Shown one piece after another: positions 35,307 through 44,364 of a DNA stretch of 64,000 bases. The notes beneath the pieces are model-generated. The model was not told where the DNA came from. It saw only the letters and a program-made list of their open reading frames with translations, and searched no databases. Numbering within the stretch: the stretch's first letter is position 1; the number at the start of each line of letters is the position of its first letter. The stretch spans positions 3,855 to 67,854 of IMG/VR virus record IMGVR_UViG_3300037102_000029; one strand, 5' to 3'. This stretch comes from a virus. The position numbers and the translations under genes were made by a program.

Positions 35307-36551
35307 TTAACATCCTCCATCCATCGGGTCTAGCGGCTCGATCCATTGGCCGCCGAGACAAAGTTGTTCGCACTCGAAGCCACTCAAATACCAGCCTTCG
35401 AGAACATCCTGCATTTCAATCCGGCAATATCCTCTCTGGAATTGCCGAAGCGCAGCGCCGCACTCTATCAACGCATATAACTGTTTGAACTGGCTTGGGG
35501 AATACCCTTTGCGATCTAACAGCACATTCATATCTGAGATCACAGCGGTTACGTCAGTCTTTGGTGCTTCAAACCGAGGCTCGGCAGAAAACAGAAGATC
35601 AAAACCGGCCCGGCATATCAGCTTACGCGGATCATCACCGAGAGATGTTTGAGACGTCAATGTGTCAGTTATGATCCTCACCCTCGCCTCGCGCCTCTCG
35701 CGATTATCTTCATCAATCGTCGAGTGGATAAACCGCCTGTTTGCTTGGTCGTCTTTGATCCCCAACACGCTCGAAACCCAAACGGCTCTCGGCCCTTTGA
35801 CGGTCAGGTTCATAGACTTCTGGCCGCTTGTAGCCTTATGCGTGTAAGAGCTAAACTCATTCAGTTCAGCAAACGCTTTCAGCGCCGTGAAGGCTTTTGA
35901 ATCGGCGATCTCAGTGATACAAATTATGCAGTTCTTGAAGTGGTCAGGGTTCATAGTCCAGCCGTTCTTAACTCCCGGCACCGGAACGCGCATCTCATAA
36001 TACAAAACCTGCGGCGTGACGGACGAATAAAGAACCACGTTCTTAACTGGCAAAATCTTAGCTACGTTCTCAATGAGATCATTCTTGCCGCTGCCTGTCT
36101 TGCCGGTCATCGCGAAGTGCAAGAGCGCTGACTTAGAACTGAAGCTCGCTCGCAATGCTCCGCGAAGCAAAAGTTGTCGCAAGTTACAATCTCCGGCGTG
36201 ATATTCACCGATGATCTTTGAACAATACTGATGGAATGAACCATTCATCAGCATACGGTAAGCCTCGGCATAGATGATCGTTCTATTTCGATCAAGTGAT
36301 GTGCCGACTAACCGTTCAACTTCGCGGATCGCATACTGTTTGCGCTGGTCAACGGTTCGCTTTTGCAGCTGCACTTTCTTGAACGGCTCAAAAGCAGCAA
36401 TCTCGCGGATCAAAGGGTCGGACATCGGTTTCATTGGTTTCGCAACCGGCTCAACTATTGGCTTAATTGGTTCGGGCTCAGGCTCATACGGCCCAAAGAC
36501 TAGCTCTTCCCAAATCTCGCCGTTAATTACTTTCTGTATCGTTTCCAACAT
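35307..36551 (-). CDS. P-loop NTPase, putative replicative helicase (MCM/primase-helicase-like AAA+)
   Basis: Walker A GKTGSGKN, Walker B-like IICITE, SVTPQVLYY, arginine-finger-like DQANRRF; SD AAGGTGA before ATG 36551. Confidence 0.7.
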   Translation of the reverse strand: MLETIQKVINGEIWEELVFGPYEPEPEPIKPIVEPVAKPMKPMSDPLIREIAAFEPFKKVQLQKRTVDQRKQYAIREVERLVGTSLDRNRTIIYAEAYRMLMNGSFHQYCSKIIGEYHAGDCNLRQLLLRGALRASFSSKSALLHFAMTGKTGSGKNDLIENVAKILPVKNVVLYSSVTPQVLYYEMRVPVPGVKNGWTMNPDHFKNCIICITEIADSKAFTALKAFAELNEFSSYTHKATSGQKSMNLTVKGPRAVWVSSVLGIKDDQANRRFIHSTIDEDNRERREARVRIITDTLTSQTSLGDDPRKLICRAGFDLLFSAEPRFEAPKTDVTAVISDMNVLLDRKGYSPSQFKQLYALIECGAALRQFQRGYCRIEMQDVLEGWYLSGFECEQLCLGGQWIEPLDPMDGGC

Positions 36552-36774
36552 TGACCTCACCTTTCATTTTCTCTTTCGCCTGATTCGTTTTGGTAGCTAT
36601 CGACGCTTGGTATTCAGCGTTTAATTCAGGGTGAACTGGGAGTCCCGGATTGTTCGCAACCACGCACCGCTCGCAATGCTTTGTGCAAAGGCAGTAATGT
36701 TCTCTGTCCTTCCAGTATCCAAGCTTGCAGTTCTTAACTTGTTCTTGGCTATACAAACTATTGCACTTTTTCAT
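36523..36774 (-). CDS. Cys-rich small protein
   Basis: CKLG...HYCLCTKHCERC; GGAGGT SD. Confidence 0.5.
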   Translation of the reverse strand: MKKCNSLYSQEQVKNCKLGYWKDREHYCLCTKHCERCVVANNPGLPVHPELNAEYQASIATKTNQAKEKMKGEVNVGNDTESN

Positions 36775-37406
36775 ACAGCAAAACCTCCATTTTAGAATTT
36801 CAAACCCGCCAGTGCTTCCAATGCCGAACCGCTGCTAATCATGTCAGAGTTACGGTCATCTTTTACCCTCGTCGCTGTCAAGTCAGCAGTCCAACCTATA
36901 TTTTCGACCGAGCCGAGTAGAATCTTCACCAGTTTTCGTCTCTCTTTGAATTGATAGAGACAAATTCCTGACAAAAGTTCTTCATTGCCTACCTCGCAAG
37001 CCGAGACGAAACAAAAATAATGCTTCAGGTCTTTACTCGGCTTACCTTTCGGTGCTTTGTAATATGTCATGCTTTGCTTCCAGATTCACAAGTCCTTCCA
37101 CCAACTTACTCAGTGACGAAGCCGAACCATATTTTCTCTGAATGTGAGTTACAAAATTCTCGGATTCGCTTTTTTGTGAAAAATTTTCCATAGGATTTTC
37201 CTCACTTTCTGGCCCATCGCATGATTATTTTTTGAATCCTGATTATTTCTCTGAGCGTTTTGTTTTCATTGTATTGTTCTTTATACGCATTTGAGAACAG
37301 TTCAGCTCTTCCGTATTCTCGCCAATATGACTCTTCTGAAACTTTCATTTTAACCTCCCTTTGGCCGCTTCGCCCTATCGGAGCCGACATACAAAGAAAG
37401 TGAGGC

Positions 37407-37709
37407 TTACGCCTCTAAACTTCCATCTTGAAATTTGAACAAAACGCCTTTTAGGAATTTTGCATCGTTCTCTATTGCCTTTACCAGTCTAGCACATTCC
37501 ACAGCGGCTTCTTCAACACCCAACCAATAATCATCAACATTCGGATCGGGGTACTGTTCATAAAGCAAATTTATATCGTAGACCGTTTGCTGTAACGAAT
37601 CGCGGGATTCGCGTAGTTTCGCACCAAAAGACTGCCACATTTTCAAGCCTCCGATTTTGCTTCGCCGCACACTTCCAATGCTCTCGCTTCGCCGTAACTG
37701 AATACCCAA
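37407..37709 (-). CDS. Hypothetical protein
   Basis: Likely start MWQSF after GGAGG; helical. Confidence 0.5.
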   Translation of the reverse strand: MGIQLRRSESIGSVRRSKIGGLKMWQSFGAKLRESRDSLQQTVYDINLLYEQYPDPNVDDYWLGVEEAAVECARLVKAIENDAKFLKGVLFKFQDGSLEA

Positions 37710-37939
37710 AACTCACGGCAACGCGGACAGCATTCCGGCTGTTCTAGCATAGCATCGCACTCGCCAGCATTGCACATCGAATCGCAATCGGTTATAATTC
37801 CGTGCTGGTCAACTATCGAGCATTCTTGCGCTTTAAACAACGCTTCATCGTCGGATACACAATACTTGACAAAGACCGAGCGGCCAGTGGCGGCTCGGAT
37901 TCGCCCTTGTAAAACTTCAATCTCAGTTTTTATCTTCAT
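37643..37939 (-). CDS. Cys-rich hypothetical protein
   Basis: CDSMC...CCPRC; GAGGTGA upstream. Confidence 0.5.
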   Translation of the reverse strand: MKIKTEIEVLQGRIRAATGRSVFVKYCVSDDEALFKAQECSIVDQHGIITDCDSMCNAGECDAMLEQPECCPRCREFWVFSYGEARALEVCGEAKSEA

Positions 37940-38109
37940 CTTCCTTTGTCACCTCGTATTTTAGAAGCGGATCGCCTGTCGGCCTATCTTCCGGTTCAAC
38001 TTCAAGTTCTAAACTTGCTTGCTTCGTCGTATCTAAGACTGGCGCAACCCAATCTCTCTCGCTTTTCCGGCTCTTCAAGTGATAACCGCCTTGATAAGCC
38101 GACCGTTTC

Positions 38110-38322
38110 TTACGCAGTTCTAATGCCATCTTCAATTATCCCCCATTTGTCGGAGCCCTCTATTTGATATTCAGGGCATCGAATCTCGCCATCATAAACA
38201 GCGGCTTCACAGCGATTCGCGCACAGGTCGCACTCATCGGATTCGCAATTCTGGCATTTACAACAGCGATCAAGCAGCTCATTCCAGAACTTACAATTTC
38301 TCAAGCATTTAGGCATACTCAT
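38110..38322 (-). CDS. Cys-rich small protein
   Basis: Many Cys in 70 aa (CLRNC, CCKCQNC, CDLCANRC); AAGGAG SD. Confidence 0.5.
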   Translation of the reverse strand: MSMPKCLRNCKFWNELLDRCCKCQNCESDECDLCANRCEAAVYDGEIRCPEYQIEGSDKWGIIEDGIRTA

Positions 38323-39158
38323 AATGAATCGACTCCTTAGCGGCTCGGATTCGCTCTTTTAGCTCTTCTGAATCCGGTTCAAGTGTAGTCCAGCTATCTT
38401 CATTTGAGTGATAGCATACTATCTCGTTTTGTATTTCAAGCATTTTCAAAACCTCTTTTGGCCTCACGCTCCACTAAGGAAGCGGTCATCGTTTACGAAA
38501 AAAGGAAGGATTGAACCTTCTATTTCTCTTGTGATCTTGCTATTATCTATAGCAAGAAACATAGCGCCGAAAACGGCCAGCCAATAATCGGGATGCAGAA
38601 AAAGAAAATGGCCATAATTAAAACGACCGTTGACTTCCGCATCATATTACCGGCAAAGATTGTATAGTCGCCATCGTCTTTCATTTTGACCTCCTTAAGG
38701 GTCGCGCGTGACGTGAACTATCTTGTCTGTTTTCGCGTCAATGTAGAATTTTTGATACTTAATCTTGCCGAGTGCAAGCCAGTAAGCTTCATATTTCACG
38801 CACCCGTCTAGTTCACAGTCCGTGTATTCTCGGATCGAAAGATACGCCACTACCGCAGGCCGCGTATCATGGTTCGTCGTGCCGTCCCTCACCCATTTCG
38901 CAATCGCGGCAATATGCTTCGCGTTCGTTGCCTTTAACATTTCAGCTCCTCCACTACATACTTGACTTCTAATTTTAGAAGTCCCTTTGCTTCGGCTTTC
39001 TCTCGGTAAATCTCGTTTATCATAATTGCGTCCCAAATCTTGTTTGACAAACGGCCTCCATTGATAGAACCGATTGTCAGCGACGCGGCTAGATCATCAA
39101 GCCCCTGTAAAGTGGCTTTGATTTCTTTGAATATCTCTTCGTTTGTTTTCATTTCGGA

Positions 39159-39428
39159 TCACCACGGAGTAGGACGGTCAAGTTGCTCACGTTCCAGCTC
39201 GTTTCGAGCCTCTTCAAGTGCAAGCTCAAGTCTCTCGCACCGTTTAAACAGATCAAGATTCTCACCGGATAGACGGCTTACTTCTTTTGACAAAGCAAGC
39301 CTCACGGTAGCGTTCTCAAGTTCTAAGTCTTCAACTTGACCTGATAGTTCATCAACTGTGCTGCAATCATCGGCGCAGCTTCCGCCGCAATTAATTTCTT
39401 GATATTTTAACATCACATCTTCATTCAT
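39159..39428 (-). CDS. Coiled-coil protein
   Basis: Leu heptads after a short Cys motif; directly downstream of Ku. Confidence 0.55.
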   Translation of the reverse strand: MNEDVMLKYQEINCGGSCADDCSTVDELSGQVEDLELENATVRLALSKEVSRLSGENLDLFKRCERLELALEEARNELEREQLDRPTPW

Positions 39429-39431
39429 AAT

Positions 39432-40223
39432 TTAGGCCTCCGATTTCTCAGCTTGCCAGTTTATAGTAGTCAGGCTCGCCTCAAGTGCTTCTTTGAGTGT
39501 AGACTTAGGAGCTTCTAAATGCTCGGATTCAACGCTGAAAGTCTCGCCAGCAGCTTTAGTTGCGATTAATGCTTCCATATCAGCTTTGAACGTGTCAGTG
39601 AACTTCGACATATCAAGTTCATCGACCGAACCCTGATCTATAATCATCCTTGCGAGCTTCAGTTCATCCTCGGATACTTCCGGCTCAGTCACGGCTAGCT
39701 CTTCAATATCTCTAAGTTCATCGAGATAATTCAAAGAAGTTAGCAATAGGCCTGACTTGTAAGCCTCAATCGCGCACGTATATTCTTTTTCGCGCATCGT
39801 GAACGTTCCAATAGCGATTTTACCACATTCGCGCAGCGCATTTCTCAATAGGAAAAACGCTTTGTTATCTTGCTTTTTGTCGACCCCCAAGAAATAATGC
39901 GAACCAAAATACAACGAGTCTATTTCAAACCTCGGAACAAACTCCTTAATCTTGATTGCGCTCGACTTTTCCGGTCGGATCATCTTAATCTCGTCAGGCG
40001 TAACGGTCACGATCTGACCGCCTTGCGTGACGCCTTTAACAATATCCTCTTTTGCTACTTCCTGATCGCAAACCTCGCACCATTTCTTTTGACGGATTCG
40101 ACCGCCATCGGCTGAATGATGCATGTGCATTTCAAACTTCTTTGCTTCAGTGGCTGCATACAATTTAACCGGCACACTCACCAAACCGAAGCTTATCGTA
40201 GCACTTTTTATAGCTCTCGGCAT
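39432..40223 (-). CDS. ku: Ku DNA end-binding protein (prokaryotic NHEJ Ku core)
   Basis: MPRAIKSATISFGLVSVPVKLYAAT...DGGRIRQKKWC...DIVKG...YFL...LRNAL...LKEALEASL matches prokaryotic Ku; no long basic C-terminal tail. Confidence 0.95.
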   Translation of the reverse strand: MPRAIKSATISFGLVSVPVKLYAATEAKKFEMHMHHSADGGRIRQKKWCEVCDQEVAKEDIVKGVTQGGQIVTVTPDEIKMIRPEKSSAIKIKEFVPRFEIDSLYFGSHYFLGVDKKQDNKAFFLLRNALRECGKIAIGTFTMREKEYTCAIEAYKSGLLLTSLNYLDELRDIEELAVTEPEVSEDELKLARMIIDQGSVDELDMSKFTDTFKADMEALIATKAAGETFSVESEHLEAPKSTLKEALEASLTTINWQAEKSEA

Positions 40224-41274
40224 TTTGAATCATCTCCTTTTATTCAAGCCAGCTCAAGTTTTGAACCTTGTTAAGCCGACATAAAAAAAGAGAGGATTTT
40301 TGTCCTCAATTAACCCATCAGTACATATCAATCGCCGATAATTGTTCAGCGACCGAAGTTTTCTCAGCCTCATTTTGTAAGCCTCCGGCATTTTCAGCGT
40401 CGGGGCTCGCAGCTCTTTAGCTTTCTCACATAGTATAGCTGTATCGTTCATTGTCATTTTTCAAGACTCCCAAAAGTTTACTCATCTCCATAAGTCCCAA
40501 AATAGGCCTCATACTCATCTTTTTCGTCTTCGGCGAGTCGTGCGTTGTTCGTTTCAATCTGTGCGCATAACTCCGTGTTTTCGAGGACTAAAACGTCCCT
40601 CCAAGTAGGATTTTTAAAACATTCTGAGTAACAACTCATAGTTTCTCTCCAAAAGTTCAACGTCTCCCAAGTTTTGAAACTTGAAACGGTCAAAAGACCG
40701 CATAAGAGACGATTAAAAAAGAGAGAAAAAGCCCCAGAAATGCCAATAAATGAGACTTTTTACTTTCGAGCACTGCAAGGTTCACGACGTCGGTTATTCA
40801 CTCTCATACTTGGCGACACCGACTTAAAGCCACTCTTCTTAATGCCGGTCAACTTCCTACTTGAAAGACCGCACTTTCCAAGACTTGAAAGCCGCATAAT
40901 CTATTCCTCCAAAAAGTCACAATCAATAAAATCGTTTTTCTCATACTCTTCGTACTCTTCAATTAAGCGCACAATTTCCTGTTTGTAGCTCATATTACGC
41001 ACCTACGATCAAACTTAGAATATTAACCGCGCCTTGTGGCGTAAGTCCGCTAATGCCGATATTGTGCAGCAGTGCGTAGTTAATCACATACAACAATACA
41101 ACATTCAAAAGACCACTAAACATAGTTCCATTATACATATTGATTCAACTCCGAGCCTTAAAGCATTTGAAGCTTTCAAAGGCCCATAAAAAAGTAGGGA
41201 TATACTAAAGTCAGATCATCCCAAAGATCGTATATGAACTTCCTCGATACTTGATAAGGTCGTTTCCCATATCT

Positions 41275-41575
41275 GCTAACAGTTATCGCTTATCGTGTTA
41301 GCACATCAAGCAAGTCTATTTCCTACGTGCTCTCTAGCAGCCATTGCCCCATTGCTCCCCTCGCGCGCCTTAATTAAGGTTATCGCGCTACCCTACTCAC
41401 ATACTGATTCAATACGACTCAATGCCGCGTTTACTGGTGAGCGTTTCCGCTTTGGTTCTATTCAATGGCCCCTAAACTTCAGAGTCGAGCTTTCAACTCG
41501 CACCCATAGATTCGACCAGATCAGATTCGCTTCTGGTATTGGTATCGTCCGAGTGTTTGACTCTTGCATTAACAT
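41275..41575 (-). ncRNA. Candidate structured leader/ncRNA A
   Basis: Follows minus-strand TATA TTTATATA at about 41603-41596. Stems: AGCG-GAAA-CGCT, CGAGT-TGAAA-GCTCG, ACCAGA/TCTGGT, GCGCG..CCTT-AATT-AAGG-CGCGC, TGCTAACA/TGTTAGCA. Confidence 0.45.
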
Positions 41576-41589
41576 ACCATACTATGATT

Positions 41590-41610
41590 TGATACTATAT
41601 AAAGCTAGTA
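41590..41610 (-). promoter_or_regulatory. TATA box heading the minus-strand early region
   Basis: GCTTTATATAGTAT on the minus strand; similar GCTTTATAGTAT at about 27690-27679. Confidence 0.55.
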
Positions 41611-41919
41611 TATATGACGTGATTGATAGATCGATCAGAGCAAGCAACGAGCATTGAATGATGATAACTGATATAATCCTAAGTTGTAGATAGAAGCCAT
41701 ATTTACCCTTTTTGGCAAATCAAAACGTCAACTCCCCGTACGATTTCTATTTCGGCATTTAAAGACCGTCCTGCCAATCTCTCATATCGTGACTCTTATC
41801 ATCTTAGAGTTATATCGTAAATTGTGTCGTATTGTAGAATCAAATCTAAACTTACGAGTGATGAACTTGCATTGATTAGCACAAAAAGGTTAATATGAAG
41901 CAAGCCTATATAAAGAACA

Positions 41920-42291
41920 ATGACTAAGCGCGAGCCTTTCGATCTTCAACGAGTGAATCTATGTAAGAACTGCGGCATCAACGAAAGAGAAGAACCTTAT
42001 GGTTGGTGTTCTTCTTGTTTAGACCAACCAAGAAAACCATTTGACAACGAGCAACCAAAGCGCAAGATAAAGAGTGATAGGGCCAAATCTCGACAAGTGT
42101 GGAGAATTGCCAACAACAAAACAATCCCTAAAGGTTGGCATATTCACCATATAGATGGCAATGCAATGAATAACGAACCATCTAATCTAGTATGCATCAC
42201 TCTAGAGAACCACATCAAGATACATCAAGATAAAGGAGATACTGCCGCAGTCATCCTATTAAAGAAGAATAACACAACCCGACTAGACTAA
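41920..42291 (+). CDS. HNH endonuclease (HNH_3-like) with N-terminal Zn finger
   Basis: CKNC...CSSC, then IPKGWHIHHIDGNAMNNEPSNLVCITLENHIKIH; BRE/TATA AAAAAGGTTAATAT about 25-35 nt upstream. Confidence 0.88.
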   Translation: MTKREPFDLQRVNLCKNCGINEREEPYGWCSSCLDQPRKPFDNEQPKRKIKSDRAKSRQVWRIANNKTIPKGWHIHHIDGNAMNNEPSNLVCITLENHIKIHQDKGDTAAVILLKKNNTTRLD

Positions 42292-42341
42292 TGGTGTTCT
42301 TGCCTACTTGTACAATACATTAACACAAGCCGACTAGACTA
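42270..42341. repeat. 21-bp direct repeat pair with 30-nt spacer
   Basis: TAACACAACCCGACTAGACTA (42270-42290) and TAACACAAGCCGACTAGACTA (42321-42341). Confidence 0.85.
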
Positions 42342-42344
42342 TAT

Positions 42345-42590
42345 AAATAGATATGAACTGATTCACTATTTGCGAAGCAGTTAATCCAATGAGAATAGAT
42401 CGAGCCTTCACGATGGCTCACTAGCTACTGGTCGCTAGGTAGTCATTTTTACTGAACCTACCTAGACTTTGCGAAGCAGTCAAAGGTGAGCCTTCGCAAA
42501 ATGCCGCCAGCCATTCCGAGAATCAACAAAAGTCTGGAATTATGGGCAACTCGAAAATTTCTATAGGAGTGGGAATAGATGTGCTCCAAT
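42345..42590 (-). ncRNA. Candidate structured ncRNA B
   Basis: Minus-strand TATA TTTATATA at about 42621-42614. Stems: TTTGCGAAG/CTTCGCAAA, CTAGGTAG/CTACCTAG. Duplicated TTTGCGAAGCAGT...GAGCCTTC motif. No ORF in the track. Confidence 0.5.
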
Positions 42591-42804
42591 CTCTTTTTCC
42601 ACCAATCTCCTAATATATAAAGATACCTACGGCTAAAGCTATTTTTGAACCTTAATTACCAAAAGAGGGCCGTCAGTTAGATAGTCCAGATTTTTTTCGA
42701 GGCTTTTTTCCCCGATTCTGGTTCCAATCATTCATCAAAGACGTCTGGATTAATCTAGCCCTGTTGATCTTTTTTGAAAATGAAACTGAAAACATAACCA
42801 TCAG

Positions 42805-42940
42805 AAGGAAGGAAGAGCCGAACACAAGAAAAGGTGAGGCCAGCGTGTTCGGCTCTCTTAGGATTGCCCTCCTCAACAAAGCGCAATCCTTAGGTGTGGT
42901 CTTCCGCTAGTTGCGAGTGCTGCTGAAGCACGTAACGCAT
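42805..42940 (-). ncRNA. Candidate small RNA C with three tandem hairpins
   Basis: Minus-strand BRE/TATA AAAAAGTATTAAATA at 42966-42952; 12-bp perfect stem AGAGCCGAACAC/GTGTTCGGCTCT and 8-bp stem AGGATTGC/GCAATCCT; ends in a pyrimidine tract. Confidence 0.55.
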
Positions 42941-43097
42941 TCTTGTCTAGGTATTTAATACTTTTTAAAATTAGTGCCACACCGTTCATCTACGAGCCTC
43001 AAGGAACGCATCACGGTTGGTTGCGACGAAAACATTTGCCACCATGGGACTTCTAATGCCCTCGTCGCTGATAGTAAATCAACGCTCAGATTCTTAT

Positions 43098-43112
43098 AGG
43101 TTTTTATACAAC
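43098..43112 (+). promoter_or_regulatory. TATA box of the late (packaging/head) operon
   Basis: TTTTTATA at 43101-43108, about 28-35 nt upstream of SD-less ATG 43136. Confidence 0.55.
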
Positions 43113-43135
43113 TCCGGTGCCTACGTCAAGTGTAG

Positions 43136-43630
43136 ATGACAGAAGAGTCTAAAGAGCTTAATGATCCTTGGGATCGTCGAGATGACGAACCTACGAAGGC
43201 GTATGAATTATTTTGTTTTTTCCGTGATTATGGCCCCACAAGGACCTATACGGCTGTCCAGAAGAAATACTCAGGAGTCGAGTTTGACCTTCAACCCTCC
43301 ACATTAAGATCATACGGCAAGAAACACGATTGGATTCGCCGGGCGGAAGCGTATGACGATCATATAATGAAGATGGAGCAGGTCCAAAACGAGAAACTAA
43401 TCAAGAAATACAAGGCGAAGGCAATCAAGCGAGCTCAGAAACAGTTGGATAAATATTCGGATATGATGGATAATGAAGATGAACTGAATCTAAGCGCTCG
43501 AGAGAAGCGTGAGAGATACAAGATGGCGCAGGATACGTTTAATGATATCTTCCAACTCAAGAAGGAGAACAAAACCGAAGTCACTGGAAGCGTGACGATT
43601 GTGTTCGGGGATGAGGTTAAGGATGTTTAA
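43136..43630 (+). CDS. Terminase small subunit (putative)
   Basis: PWDRRDDEPTKAYELF..FRDYGPTRT...W..RAEAYD motif and C-terminal KTEVTGSVTIVF strand; first late gene. Confidence 0.7.
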   Translation: MTEESKELNDPWDRRDDEPTKAYELFCFFRDYGPTRTYTAVQKKYSGVEFDLQPSTLRSYGKKHDWIRRAEAYDDHIMKMEQVQNEKLIKKYKAKAIKRAQKQLDKYSDMMDNEDELNLSAREKRERYKMAQDTFNDIFQLKKENKTEVTGSVTIVFGDEVKDV

Positions 43631-43859
43631 AAAGATCGAGGTAAAGGGAAACGTCATTGATTATGTTCAGGAAGGAAATCGATGGGTCCAGCATTGGCCT
43701 GCGAACCGCCTTGACGAGATCACTTTAAGTTATGATATGGTTCTCGATCATGTCTGAAACCGATGTAGATCACGGTGATCCACCAACGGACGACGATGAC
43801 CGGTGGGCAACGATATTCCGGTATTGGATGCACCACACGGAAGAAGAGGTTAAGGACGT

Positions 43860-44066
43860 ATGAGCCCTCCGAAAGGCGAGACTCCGGCGTCAACGTATTA
43901 CAAGAAATGGGTTGCAGATAGAAAGAAGATTTTCGTTTCAAGTGAAGATCACAATTGGATGATGAAACGGGCTGGAATGTTGCAGGCCGTGGATGGTAAA
44001 AGTAAGTCTATGGAAGACGTTGTAGCGTGGATGGTGCAATACATTCAGAGGCGTGAAGATGTTTGA
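43860..44066 (+). CDS. Ribbon-helix-helix-like protein
   Basis: RKKIFVSSEDHNWM...KSMEDVVAWMV pattern. Confidence 0.5.
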   Translation: MSPPKGETPASTYYKKWVADRKKIFVSSEDHNWMMKRAGMLQAVDGKSKSMEDVVAWMVQYIQRREDV

Positions 44067-44246
44067 ATCTGACTTGGAAGCACTTAGAGACGATTTGGTG
44101 GAAGCATTAGACCCGTTATTTCGCTCGATAGAAGTTGTAGAAAGAGCAATAGGTGAACTAAAATGGAAGTATCGTATCTTAATGTAGTGGTGACAATCAT
44201 TTTGATTGTTGAGATATTGATCTGGTTAGGGATCAGGTGAAAACAA

Positions 44247-44357
44247 ATGGCAAAGAAAGCAGCTAAGGTTCCGGCGAAGCCTGCAAAGGCAAATAGCAAA
44301 GCAAACTTCGGTGCGCGGATGGCCGCAGCGCGAGCGGCTAAGAAAAAGGGGAAGTGA
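44247..44357 (+). CDS. 36-aa Lys/Ala-rich basic peptide (histone H1-like composition)
   Basis: MAKKAAKVPAKPAKANSKANFGARMAAARAAKKKGK; 12 K/R, no D/E; SD AGGTGA. Confidence 0.7.
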   Translation: MAKKAAKVPAKPAKANSKANFGARMAAARAAKKKGK

Positions 44358-44364
44358 ATTAACG

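Noticed and set aside
41295-41657. 120-aa plus-strand ORF
   Set aside because: No SD or motif; overlaps a minus-strand TATA box and structured region; likely spurious.
41658-41671. Box C/D sRNA (ATGATGA...CTGA)
   Set aside because: Only 3 nt separate the boxes, leaving no guide region, and no D'/C' pair or terminal stem is evident.
41275-42500. Group I intron carrying the HNH gene
   Set aside because: No interrupted host gene, no recognisable P7 core, and the HNH ORF is on the opposite strand to the favoured RNA structures.
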